Part shown: in pieces, positions 1 to 8,465 of the stretch | How the letters are laid out: each line of letters starts with the position of its first letter | How positions within the stretch are numbered: the stretch's first letter is position 1 | Notes under the pieces: model-generated | Told to the model about the DNA's origin: nothing | The model's input: only the letters and a program-made list of their open reading frames with translations | The model's database searches: none | Source of the DNA: a bacterium | GTDB lineage: Bacteria; Myxococcota_A; UBA9160; SZUA-336 | NCBI GenBank assembly: GCA_024226335.1 | Contig: JAAELY010000311.1 | Span: 18 to 64,017, forward strand | Length of the DNA stretch: 64,000 nt | Reading direction: 5' to 3' | Program-made: the position numbers and the translations under genes

Positions 1-1391
1 TCGGGTGCGAGTTCGGCCGAGGGCGGCTTTTCGATCGTATTGACGGGAATGCGTTCGCCGTCGCGATTGGCGTGACGAGCCAGTCGATACACGTCGCGCT
101 TGAGTACATCGCCGATCACGGCCAGCCCACCGACCAGATCACCGTACAGTGTCGTGTAGCCCACCGATAGCTCGCTCTTGTTTCCCGTGGCCAGCACGAT
201 GCAACCTTCGTGATTGCTCACCGCCATGAGCAGGGAGCCACGGATGCGCGCCTGGATGTTCTCCTGGGTCAGCCCGTAGCTTTCCTCGGGACCGAAGAGA
301 TGCGCGAACTGCTCCAGGTAGTCCTTGTAGATGGAGTCGATGCGCACGATGCGCTGCTGGATACCCAGGTTCTCGGCCAGAGCTTCGGCGTCGCTCACGC
401 TGTGCTCCGACGAGAACGGACCGGGCATGAGAACGCCGAACACGTTCTCTGGACCGAGGGCCCTGGCCGCCAGATGCGCGGTGACCGCCGAGTCGATACC
501 ACCCGAAAGTCCGATCACCGCCGAGCGCATGCCCAGCTTGTGCAGGTAGTCGCGAATGCCCAGCACGAGCGAGCGTTCGAGCAGTTCGATGTCTTCTTCG
601 ACCGGCGCGGCTGGAGTGCGTCCCTCCGCGAAGGGCTCGACGATCGCGAAATCCGAGTCGAAACGCTTCAGGCGCTGGGTGACACGGCCTTCTGCGTCGA
701 CCACGAAACTGGTTCCATCGAACACCAGTTCGTCATTGCCACCGACCAGATTCACGAACACGAACGGCACGCCGAAGCGGGTCGCAGCTTCCCGCACCAT
801 GGCCTCGCGCAACTCGGTCTTGTGCTGCTCCCAGGGCGAAGCCGATACCGTAAAGATAGCCTCGGCGCCCTGCGCCACGAGTTGCTCGACCGGATCGATC
901 GGATACGGGCGGCGATCGCCCCAGAATGCACCGCTCCAGATGTCTTCGCAGATGGTCACGCCGATGCGGCGACCGCCGAACTCCCAGGGCACGCGCGTAC
1001 TGGCGGGATCGAAGTAGCGCTGTTCGTCGAACACGTCGTAGGTCGGCAGAAGGGTCTTGGCTTGCTGGAACTCGACCTGCCCACCCGATAGCACGACCGC
1101 CGCATTGCAGATCTTGCGCGCGCGGCCCGGGGGTGCCGGCAGGATCGCGCCGGTCAGTAGCTTGAGATCGCCAGCCTCATCTGCGAGCTGCCGGAGCGCG
1201 CGCTCGTGGTCGCGCAGAAAACTCGGGCGCTCCAGAAGATCCATCGGTGGATAGCCGGAAATGCCCAGTTCGGGCAGAACCAGGACCTCGGCACCCTCGG
1301 CGCGAGTGCGTTCCAGGGCTTCTCGGATCCCGGCCAGGTTCCCGGCGAAATCTCCGATGGTGAGGTTCAGCTGCGCGATTGCGACCCGCAT
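1..1391 (-). CDS. nadE: Glutamine-dependent NAD+ synthetase (CN-hydrolase domain + NAD synthase domain); C-terminus cut by window edge
   Basis: Absent from the ORF track because it runs off the window. Reverse translation from ATG (1391-1389) reads MRVAIAQLNLTIGDFAGNLAGIREALERT... (nitrilase-like half). It continues ...MRSAVIGLSGGIDSAVTAHLAARALGPENVFGVLMP (SGGxDS PP-loop) ...GNKSELSVGYTTLYGD... and reaches IEKPPSAELAP at position 1. Track ORF 210..1091(+) is its antisense shadow. Confidence 0.9.
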   Translation of the reverse strand, partial: MRVAIAQLNLTIGDFAGNLAGIREALERTRAEGAEVLVLPELGISGYPPMDLLERPSFLRDHERALRQLADEAGDLKLLTGAILPAPPGRARKICNAAVVLSGGQVEFQQAKTLLPTYDVFDEQRYFDPASTRVPWEFGGRRIGVTICEDIWSGAFWGDRRPYPIDPVEQLVAQGAEAIFTVSASPWEQHKTELREAMVREAATRFGVPFVFVNLVGGNDELVFDGTSFVVDAEGRVTQRLKRFDSDFAIVEPFAEGRTPAAPVEEDIELLERSLVLGIRDYLHKLGMRSAVIGLSGGIDSAVTAHLAARALGPENVFGVLMPGPFSSEHSVSDAEALAENLGIQQRIVRIDSIYKDYLEQFAHLFGPEESYGLTQENIQARIRGSLLMAVSNHEGCIVLATGNKSELSVGYTTLYGDLVGGLAVIGDVLKRDVYRLARHANRDGERIPVNTIEKPPSAELAP

Positions 1392-1436
1392 GGCACCACC
1401 ATAGCGACTCGCCGCCAGCTTGACCTGTCGTCTGGA

Positions 1437-1871
1437 TCAGTAACTACCGCCGATATAGCGCCGCAGCGACTCGACCTCTTCTTCCTTTTCCTCCAGCTCG
1501 ACGAAGAGCAGGTCCCGCATCGACAGCATGTCGATCACGGTTTCGCCCACGACCACCGGAAGATGCCGGCAACCCACTGCCTGCATCTTCGATATGGCAA
1601 TCAGGCGCTCCTCGTCGACCGCGGCCGTGACCGGATCCGGCGTCATCACTTCGCGCAATAACGTCTTCTCCGGCGACCTCGCCGCACCGATGACTCGCCG
1701 CAGGATGTCGCGCTCACTGAAGATGCCGACGATCCGGCCATCCCCCATCACGGTGACGGCGCCGACTTGCTTCTGAGCCATCAGCGTGCACGCTTCTACG
1801 ACGGTCTGGTCCTCGGTCATGGTATGCACGACCGGGGACCGTTTCTGGAGGATTGAGGTTATGAGTCCCAT
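1437..1871 (-). CDS. CBS-domain pair protein
   Basis: 144-aa ORF with two CBS-like halves: ...VGAVTVMGDGRIVGIFSERDILRRV... and ...AVGCRHLPVVVGETVIDMLSMRDLL.... The overlapping + strand ORFs are shadows. Confidence 0.8.
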   Translation of the reverse strand: MGLITSILQKRSPVVHTMTEDQTVVEACTLMAQKQVGAVTVMGDGRIVGIFSERDILRRVIGAARSPEKTLLREVMTPDPVTAAVDEERLIAISKMQAVGCRHLPVVVGETVIDMLSMRDLLFVELEEKEEEVESLRRYIGGSY

Positions 1872-1948
1872 AGGGTCTCCTCCCTTTCTGTCCGATCCAT
1901 ATTGTCCGCCGAAGAACCCGAAATCGCAATGGAATTCGCAGATTCCCG

Positions 1949-3100
1949 CTAGTCGGCGCGCAGCGCGAGCAGCTGGCTGCGAAGCATTTCGAACTCTTGC
2001 GGCTCGAGCTGCACGTGCAACGGAATCAGCCGCTGTGTGCCCGCGGTCAGGCCATCGGCCGGAAGCGGGATCTGGCCGGCCAGGGATTCGAGAATGCGAT
2101 CCCCCAGCGCTGAAAGCACGTTTCGCACCCGAGTGAGGTCGAGTCCCTGCACTCCCTGGGGTGTTCGCGACTGAATCGCCTTGGCCAACTCGATCTGCAC
2201 GCGAAACAAGCCGCGAGCACTCTCGGCCGAAATGCCGCGGGCCTTGGCCTGGGCCACCGCGCGCTCCAGTACCTGACGCTCCCGCTCCAGGTCTTCGATC
2301 GGTTTGCCGTTGGCCCGTTTCCAGGCCGCGACAGACGGCATGAACGCCAGGCGCCGCGCGAGCAGATCGATCAGATGATCGAGATCGTCGCGCGGCGTCG
2401 ACACGCCAAAGTGTTGAACTCGCAAGTCATCGATCTGCGCCTCGTGCTCGCGCAGGAATGAGTCGATGCGCGGACCCAGTTCTCGAGCGCGCGCTGGCGC
2501 CACCCAGTAGACCTTGCGATCGATCGCGGGCTCGCAGGCGTAGGCTTGACCGGGGCGACGGAAGTGGTGCACTTCGAAACTATCGCTGACGATCGCGTCG
2601 ACGGCGCCACTGACGAGTTTCTCGGGCAGGGCCGTGTTGTCGTCGAGAGCCTGGATCTGCGCTCCCGGGTAGCGTCCCCGAGTCCAGCGCTCCAGGATTC
2701 CGCCGCGGTTGACCGCGATACGCGTCGCCTCGCTGTCGCCGATCACACAGGGTCCGCCGCTGGCAACCGCGCGGGTCATATAGCCATCGAGTGCGCGCGC
2801 CGCGCGCCAGGTCACACCGCTCATCGCTACGTCGAAGCGGTCCTGCGCGATCGCCTCGCTCAGTTCCGGCCAGCGAAAGCGAACCCACTCGATACGTGCA
2901 CCGAACTCGGCGGCCAGAAGCTTCGCCACGTCGACGTCGAAGCCCCGACCGGCCCGAGAAAACGGCGCGTAGTCCCCGCTGGTTCCGACCCGCAGCACCG
3001 CGGAATCCGGCGGCGGACGGGGGTCGGCAGAGGAGATCGGAGGCCAGACCAGCGCCAGCAGGACGAGCCAGAGGACGCTCGGGGTTCGCAACAGACTCAT
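1949..3100 (-). CDS. Secreted fusion protein: PheC-like cyclohexadienyl/prephenate dehydratase (family-3 solute-binding fold) + AroQ-class chorismate mutase
   Basis: Track ORF is 1949..3163. I start it at the internal ATG ending at 3100 because MSLLRTPSVLWLVLLALVWPPISSADP is a signal peptide and that ATG overlaps the upstream stop (TGATG). The N-half has LRVGTSGDYAPFS...FDVDVAKLLA...RFDVAMSGVT, a PheC/SBP_bac_3 hallmark. The C-half DLDHLIDLLARRLAFMPSVAAWKRANGKPIEDLERERQVLERAVAQAKARGIS...LFRVQIELAKAIQ fits the AroQ (CM_2) helix pattern. Confidence 0.75.
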   Translation of the reverse strand: MSLLRTPSVLWLVLLALVWPPISSADPRPPPDSAVLRVGTSGDYAPFSRAGRGFDVDVAKLLAAEFGARIEWVRFRWPELSEAIAQDRFDVAMSGVTWRAARALDGYMTRAVASGGPCVIGDSEATRIAVNRGGILERWTRGRYPGAQIQALDDNTALPEKLVSGAVDAIVSDSFEVHHFRRPGQAYACEPAIDRKVYWVAPARARELGPRIDSFLREHEAQIDDLRVQHFGVSTPRDDLDHLIDLLARRLAFMPSVAAWKRANGKPIEDLERERQVLERAVAQAKARGISAESARGLFRVQIELAKAIQSRTPQGVQGLDLTRVRNVLSALGDRILESLAGQIPLPADGLTAGTQRLIPLHVQLEPQEFEMLRSQLLALRAD

Positions 3101-3750
3101 CAGGACTGCGGCATCTGCACGCGGAAGCGATCGGTCTCGTCGAACAAGACCAGCGGCGTCCATTTGTTCTGGACCTGCGAAAGCCTGCGCACGATCGGAG
3201 TCACATCACCGGTCGGGTCGAGCACGAAGGGATCCTGCGGCCGATCCACGGGAAACCACAACGTGACCATATGGTGCAGCTGATCCTCCTCGCGCACCAG
3301 CACCGCGCGGTAGATCTCTCCGCGCTCAAAGCCAGCGTCGCGCAGGATTTCGAACGTCAGGACGTCCATGCCGTCGCAATCGTCGCCACCGCTTTCCAGC
3401 ACATCGGCCAGCGTGGGCCAGGTGTCGATCTCTCCGTCGGCTTCGAAATACAACCCGCTGTTCAATTGCACCCACCTCACCGTACGTTCTACGATCTCGC
3501 GACGCAGGTCTCGCGAGAAGCTGGCGAACTCCTGGGCGAGTGGACTCGCATCCGGCGAAGCCTTGCGCTGGCGATCGGCGTCGAGCATACGAATGCCCTG
3601 CCAGACCAGAACGCCCGGCGCAAAGGCATCGTCGCGGGGCATCTCCCCAAACAGATCCCAGTCCGGAGGAGTCGGAAGCGTCGCGCAAGCGGAAGCTCCA
3701 AGAATCGCCAGTGAGCACAGGCCGATGGACGCGGTTTGCCAGAACTGCAT
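3100..3750 (-). CDS. Secreted/lipoprotein transglutaminase-like cysteine peptidase, BTLCP/LapG family (paralogue 1)
   Basis: Track ORF is 3100..4032, and the first 94 codons overlap the divergent bcp gene. The internal ATG at 3750 gives MQFWQTASIGLCSLAILGASAC..., a signal peptide with an ASA/C cleavage or lipobox-like site. The core has a Cys-His-Asp arrangement as in LapG: GGDDCDGMDVLTF ... QLHHMVTLWF ... FVLDPTG. Confidence 0.75.
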   Translation of the reverse strand: MQFWQTASIGLCSLAILGASACATLPTPPDWDLFGEMPRDDAFAPGVLVWQGIRMLDADRQRKASPDASPLAQEFASFSRDLRREIVERTVRWVQLNSGLYFEADGEIDTWPTLADVLESGGDDCDGMDVLTFEILRDAGFERGEIYRAVLVREEDQLHHMVTLWFPVDRPQDPFVLDPTGDVTPIVRRLSQVQNKWTPLVLFDETDRFRVQMPQS

Positions 3751-3795
3751 GATTTCGTAGATAACAAGGACGCGCCGCGTGCGCGAGGAGGAAAC

Positions 3796-4263
3796 ATGGC
3801 CCGAGGACCACAGATCGGAGACCCGGCCCCTGATTTCGAACTCGAGTCCAGCGAAGGAAGGATTCATCTGACCGATTGGCTGCAACACGGCGCCGTGCTG
3901 CTGGTCTTCTACCCGGGTGACGACTCGCCCGTGTGCACGAACCAGCTCTGCGACTACCGGGACCACCTGGGAGAGTTCGGCGAGCTGGGCGTCCAGGTCA
4001 TCGGCATCAATTCCCAGTCCCTCGAGTCTCATCGCACGTTCGCCAAGAAGTACGACCTGGACTTTCCGCTGGTGGCCGATCCACAGCGCAACACGTGCCG
4101 GGCCTACGATGCGGCTGGCCTTTTCGGCATGACGCGGCGCTCGATCTTCCTGATCGATCGCTCCGGAATCGTGCGCTACTGCAGGACGGATCTTCCCGTA
4201 TTCCGGCGCACGGCCAGAGAACTGAAGACAATCATCGCTGACCTGAAGCTGGAGTCGGCCTGA
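3796..4263 (+). CDS. bcp: Thiol peroxidase / peroxiredoxin, Bcp (AhpC/TSA) family
   Basis: Track ORF is 3736..4263. The ATG at 3796 is preceded by GAGGAGG. The sequence MARGPQIGDPAPDFELESSEG...LLVFYPGDDSPVCTNQLCDY carries the peroxidatic PVCT motif. It is divergent from the BTLCP gene. Confidence 0.9.
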   Translation: MARGPQIGDPAPDFELESSEGRIHLTDWLQHGAVLLVFYPGDDSPVCTNQLCDYRDHLGEFGELGVQVIGINSQSLESHRTFAKKYDLDFPLVADPQRNTCRAYDAAGLFGMTRRSIFLIDRSGIVRYCRTDLPVFRRTARELKTIIADLKLESA

Positions 4264-4265
4264 GC

Positions 4266-4541
4266 ATGCCCAAAGCGTTGCGCATCACTCTGACGCTGAC
4301 CGCCATCGGCATCTTCTTCGCCGTTCTGTTTTACGGAGCAGCGGGCGAGAGCAGGGTTCGCTGCCGGGTGTGCGTAGAGTTCTCGGACAAGAGCGACTGC
4401 AGTGAATCTTATGGAGACGCGCGTCAGTCCGCGATCGAAGGCGCTCATGCGTCCGCTTGCGCGAACCTGACCAGCGGCGTGACCAATGGATTCCTATGCG
4501 GGCAGACGCCTCCGTCGTCGATCGAGTGCGAGACACGTTGA
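4266..4541 (+). CDS. Small membrane-anchored Cys-rich protein (hypothetical)
   Basis: 91-aa ORF starting 2 nt after the bcp stop. It has one N-terminal TM helix (ITLTLTAIGIFFAVLFYGAA) followed by about 60 aa containing 6 Cys. I recognise no family. Confidence 0.5.
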   Translation: MPKALRITLTLTAIGIFFAVLFYGAAGESRVRCRVCVEFSDKSDCSESYGDARQSAIEGAHASACANLTSGVTNGFLCGQTPPSSIECETR

Positions 4542-4562
4542 ACGGAGTCCGTTGAACGAAGG

Positions 4563-6257
4563 CTAGTCGAGTTTCTCGTCCGCGCGCGCGACGCTCGCCT
4601 CGATGTAGCGACGCGAAAGCGGAGATAGATCGTCGCGTTGGGTCACGCACTCCACGATCGCGAAGCGATCCGAAGCATCCGCGGCCAGTAGCGCCTCGCG
4701 GAGTTCGAGCCGGTTGTGCGCGCGATGGCCCTGCCCTCCCCAGGCTTCCGCGAGTTCGGCGTACGGCCAGACCGGCAGTTCCAGTAGATCCTGGCGCTGC
4801 GCCACCGGTCGGAAGATGCCCCAACCCGCGTTGTTCACCAGCACCACGATCGGTTTCAATCCCAGGCGAGGCGCGTGCGAGATCTCGGAGCCAGTCATCT
4901 GGAAGGCACCGTCGCCGCTCAATGCGAGCGTGCGACGCCCGCTGCCGATCTCCGCACCCAGTGCTGCGGGTACACCGAAACCCATCGACGCGTAGTACCC
5001 CTGCGCCAGGTAGAGACCGCCGTGCAGGCGCAACTCCAACCCGCCAAAGACCATATCGCCGGATTCGGCCAGCACGTTGTAGGTGTCGTGCGCGGCCAGA
5101 AACTCGTTCAATTCGATCAGCATTTCGTTGATCGTCAGCGGGCTGTCTGCGGAGGCTCCGGCGGCGGCCCGCCGATCCAGGTTGTCGCAGTACATCACCT
5201 TCTCGTCGAAACGGGGCAGCGATTGGCGCGAAAGCGCCTCGACGAAATCGGCCAGTCGCACCTCGGCATAGGAGTGGAACGAGATGTTGACGTAATCCGG
5301 CGTCGCCCAGATCGAACGTTCGCGCGGCACTTGTGGTCGGGCCGCTCCCAGATTGATATCGGTGAGTTGCGTACCCAGAGCCAGGACCAGGTCGGCTTCG
5401 CGCACGCGCCGGTCGATCCGCTCGGGACTGAACGGTCCGATGTGTACACCCATATGTAATGGGTGGCTCATCGGGAATACGCCCTTGGCCAGCATGGTGG
5501 TCACGACCGGCACCCCCAACTTCTCGGCCAGTTCCAGAAAAGTCGCCTCGCTGTGTTCCCGAAACAGGTCGACACCGGCGAACAGCACCGGATTTTTCGC
5601 CGCGCGCAGACGTTCTACGGCCTCGGCCACTGCTTCGCTCAGGCGACGGGAATCCGATGCGGGGCGCGGCCAGACCCCGTCCCACTCGCGAATGTGCTCG
5701 GGAACCGGAATGCGCATATCGACCAGATCGCGGTGAATCTCCAGATAGCCCGGACGCGATTCGTCGATGATGGTGCGCACGACTTCGTGAATCTCCTCAG
5801 CAGCCCGTTCGGGATGACGCACGAGATGCGCCGCGCAGGTGATCTGTTCGAAGATGTGTAGCTGGCCCTCGATGTGCTTGGCCTGGTGATGAACTCCCGC
5901 AATACGCGTCTCGGCCTCGCCCGGCCCACCCGAAATCAGCAGAAGCGGCACGCGTTCGGCGTAGGCGCCCGCCACCGGGTTCACCGTATTGTGTCCACCC
6001 GCCCCATAAGTGACGCAGACCACGCCCAGACGTCGGGTCGTGCGCGCGTAGCCGTCGGCCGCAAAACCCACCGACGGCTCGTGCGAGAGCGTGACCACAT
6101 CGAGTTCACGACCCTGCGCGAATCGTTCGAACAACCCCAGCACCAGATCGCCCGGAATGCCGAAGATGCGCGTCACACCGATGCGTTGCAGATAGGCGGC
6201 CAGAAAATCCCCGAGCCGCATCTCGGCCGACATCTGCGAGTTCGGCGCGTGCGTCAC
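4563..6257 (-). CDS. Thiamine-diphosphate-dependent 2-keto-acid decarboxylase (pyruvate/indolepyruvate/phenylpyruvate decarboxylase family)
   Basis: 564 aa. Motifs: IFGIPGDLVLGLFE, SHEPSVGFAADGYAR, CVTYGAGGHNTVNPVAGAYAERVPLLLISGGPG, RPGYLEIHRDLV, and a C-terminal GDGAFQMT ThDP motif. The layout is PDC/IPDC-like rather than acetolactate synthase-like. ORF 4285..5685(-) and the + strand ORFs are shadows. Confidence 0.8.
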   Translation of the reverse strand: MTHAPNSQMSAEMRLGDFLAAYLQRIGVTRIFGIPGDLVLGLFERFAQGRELDVVTLSHEPSVGFAADGYARTTRRLGVVCVTYGAGGHNTVNPVAGAYAERVPLLLISGGPGEAETRIAGVHHQAKHIEGQLHIFEQITCAAHLVRHPERAAEEIHEVVRTIIDESRPGYLEIHRDLVDMRIPVPEHIREWDGVWPRPASDSRRLSEAVAEAVERLRAAKNPVLFAGVDLFREHSEATFLELAEKLGVPVVTTMLAKGVFPMSHPLHMGVHIGPFSPERIDRRVREADLVLALGTQLTDINLGAARPQVPRERSIWATPDYVNISFHSYAEVRLADFVEALSRQSLPRFDEKVMYCDNLDRRAAAGASADSPLTINEMLIELNEFLAAHDTYNVLAESGDMVFGGLELRLHGGLYLAQGYYASMGFGVPAALGAEIGSGRRTLALSGDGAFQMTGSEISHAPRLGLKPIVVLVNNAGWGIFRPVAQRQDLLELPVWPYAELAEAWGGQGHRAHNRLELREALLAADASDRFAIVECVTQRDDLSPLSRRYIEASVARADEKLD

Positions 6258-6814
6258 CGCGCACCTCCGGTGCGTTCATCCAGATCGAACCAGAAGAGCG
6301 CCGCCACGACCAGCGCGTGACTGATGCGCCCCGCGCGCAGATACTCTGGAAGCGCCTCGCGCGCGACCTTCTCGACCACGGTTTCTTCGGTTCCGTCGTT
6401 GCGGATCTCGTCCGTCAGACGCACGCCATGCGCCACAAAACTATGCGTGGTATTTCCAAAGAGAGCGGGGTTCGGATTGACCAGGCCGATCGGCTGGACC
6501 TCGGCCGCGCGATAGCCGGTCTCTTCGAGCAACTCGCGGGCCGCGGCCTCGGCCGGAGACTCACCGGGATCGACGATGCCCCCCGGGATCTCCAGCGTCA
6601 CCTCGCGCGAGCCGTGTCGGTACTGACGCACCATCACGATCTCGCCCTGCTCCGTCACCGGAACGATGTTCACCCAATCGGCCGCATCGATCCGGTAGAA
6701 ATCGTGTTCGGCGCCCGTCCTGGGCGAGCGAGCGCGACTGCGGTGCACGCGAAATACCCGGCAGTCCTGAAGAAATTCGGATTCGACCTCGGGCCAAAGA
6801 GAAGGATTCGCCAT
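6254..6814 (-). CDS. NUDIX hydrolase (ADP-ribose pyrophosphatase-like)
   Basis: 186 aa with Nudix box GGIVDPGESPAEAAARELLEETGY. Its stop overlaps the start of the downstream decarboxylase by 4 nt. Confidence 0.85.
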   Translation of the reverse strand: MANPSLWPEVESEFLQDCRVFRVHRSRARSPRTGAEHDFYRIDAADWVNIVPVTEQGEIVMVRQYRHGSREVTLEIPGGIVDPGESPAEAAARELLEETGYRAAEVQPIGLVNPNPALFGNTTHSFVAHGVRLTDEIRNDGTEETVVEKVAREALPEYLRAGRISHALVVAALFWFDLDERTGGAR

Positions 6815-7027
6815 CCGGGCAATCTAGCGGTTGTGGTGCGGAAATTGGGCGTGGAGCCGAAATCGAGTGGTTGAGGATCTCTGGCAACTCCCAGGAGCGC
6901 AGATCGAGCCTTTCATCCACTTTCGACCCCGTCTACGAGCCAGGAACATTCTTCGCTCCACAACCAACTGTTCGGAAGACGAAGGGGGTTGTTTGATTTT
7001 CGAACTACCCTCCCGTACGCTGAGCCA

Positions 7028-7717
7028 ATGGCCGAGTTTCGCTATCCACAGTTCTGCCCGCTGGCTCGGGCGGCCGAAGTGCTCGGCGAGCGCTGGACGC
7101 TTTTGATCCTGAGAGAACTCAACCTGGGGCCCCAGCGCTTCAGCGATATCCGGCGTCGTCTAGGTTCAGTGAGTTCCAGTGTGCTGACCGAACGACTTGC
7201 TCGCCTCGAAGCGCGCGGCCTGGTGCAGCAACGCGCGCTGGCCCCACCCGCGGCCTCCACGGTGTACGAACTGGCGGCCGCGGGAGAAGCGGCGCGGCCC
7301 CTTCTACACGAGCTCATGCGTTGGGGAACGCGTTTCCTTTTGCCTCCGGTTTCGAGCGATCAGTTCGAACCGAGCTGGATGCTCGCGGCCGTCGAGGCCT
7401 TCGCACTTCAAACCCCCACACCCGCCAAGCGCTTCGAACTCCACTTGCCCGACGGTGACTCCGAGTTGGTCATGCGCGTGGCCGGAGGCGCATCGGGAAC
7501 GCACCTGATCGACGACGCCCAGCCAGTCGACGCCACGGTCTGGGCTGAGCCGTTGGTCATGCTCTCGGTGCTCGCCGGACTGGTCGACGCTGCGCGAGCT
7601 CAGGCCGACGGTGCTCTGCGTGTACGAGGAGATGACTCGGCCCTCTGCCTGCTACCCGATCTTTTCGATCTCGCGTCCAGCCCGCTCGCCGACCTGGTCC
7701 GTCCGCAGAGCGATTGA
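7028..7717 (+). CDS. HxlR-family winged-helix regulator with extra C-terminal domain
   Basis: Track ORF is 6989..7717. The internal ATG at 7028 gives MAEFRYPQFCPLARAAEVLGERWTLLILRELNLGPQRFSDIRRRL, a typical HxlR N-terminus. About 120 further residues end in ...LRVRGDDSALCLLPDLF (SCP2-like feel, unverified). Confidence 0.8.
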   Translation: MAEFRYPQFCPLARAAEVLGERWTLLILRELNLGPQRFSDIRRRLGSVSSSVLTERLARLEARGLVQQRALAPPAASTVYELAAAGEAARPLLHELMRWGTRFLLPPVSSDQFEPSWMLAAVEAFALQTPTPAKRFELHLPDGDSELVMRVAGGASGTHLIDDAQPVDATVWAEPLVMLSVLAGLVDAARAQADGALRVRGDDSALCLLPDLFDLASSPLADLVRPQSD

Positions 7718-7768
7718 TTCCCTTTACTCGTCCATCCCACCCCGACAACTCACTCGAAGGAGCCCCTC

Positions 7769-8404
7769 ATGCCCAAAGTCCACGGCGTCAATCTCTCGCC
7801 TTTCGTTCGCAAGCTGCGCGTCGCACTCGCCGAAAAGAACATCTCCTACGAACTACTACCGGTGGTTCCATTCGGGCTTCCGCCCGAGTTTCTGGCCATC
7901 AGTCCCGCGGCCAAGATCCCCGTCTTCGAGGAGGATGACGGCTACACCTTGCCGGATTCCTCCGCGATCATCGGTTACCTGGAAAAGACGCGCCCTGCGG
8001 CACCGCTCTTCCCCGAAGATGCCAAGCTCTACGGCCAGACCCTTTTCTACGAAGAGTACGGAGACACGGAAGTGGCCAGCGCGGTCCTGCCGTTTTTCCG
8101 CGAGCGCTACGTCAACGTAAAGATGATGGGCAAAGAAGCGGATGAGGCGCGTCTGAAAACCTTGACCGAAGAGGCCGTACCGCGGGTCTTCGATCACCTG
8201 GAGAGTGTGGTGGGCGATGGTGACGGAATCGTGGCCAACCGCTTCACGGCCGCCGACGCTTCGATCGGCTCGATGTTCGTCAGCTACGCGCACGGCGGCG
8301 AGACGATCGACGCCGCCCGCTGGCCGAAACTGGCTGCCTACGTGCAGCGATTGCACGCCCGGCCTTCATTCAAAGCGCTGATCGAGGAAGAAAACCAGGC
8401 CTGA
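7769..8404 (+). CDS. Glutathione S-transferase
   Basis: 211 aa: GVNLSPFVRKLRVALAEKNISYELLPV...AKIPVFEEDDGYTLPDSSAIIGYLEK (thioredoxin-like GST N-domain) plus a helical C-domain. Confidence 0.85.
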   Translation: MPKVHGVNLSPFVRKLRVALAEKNISYELLPVVPFGLPPEFLAISPAAKIPVFEEDDGYTLPDSSAIIGYLEKTRPAAPLFPEDAKLYGQTLFYEEYGDTEVASAVLPFFRERYVNVKMMGKEADEARLKTLTEEAVPRVFDHLESVVGDGDGIVANRFTAADASIGSMFVSYAHGGETIDAARWPKLAAYVQRLHARPSFKALIEEENQA

Positions 8405-8409
8405 GGTCC

Positions 8410-8427
8410 GGGCCGGCCAACCGGCCC
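8410..8427 (+). terminator. GC hairpin immediately after GST stop
   Basis: GGGCCGG-CCAA-CCGGCCC is a perfect 7-bp stem, 5 nt after the TGA (8402-8404). It is followed by AAGCCATTCTTCGG, a weak T tract. Confidence 0.5.
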
Positions 8428-8465
8428 AAGCCATTCTTCGGCCCCTCTATGACCGGACGCTAGAC

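Noticed and set aside
210-1091. 293-aa + strand ORF at the left edge
   Set aside because: It is antisense to nadE, which is missing from the track only because it runs off the window.
4285-5685. 466-aa minus-strand ORF overlapping the ThDP decarboxylase in another frame
   Set aside because: It is an off-frame shadow of 4563..6257, extremely Arg/Gly/Pro-rich. The decarboxylase frame carries all the family motifs.
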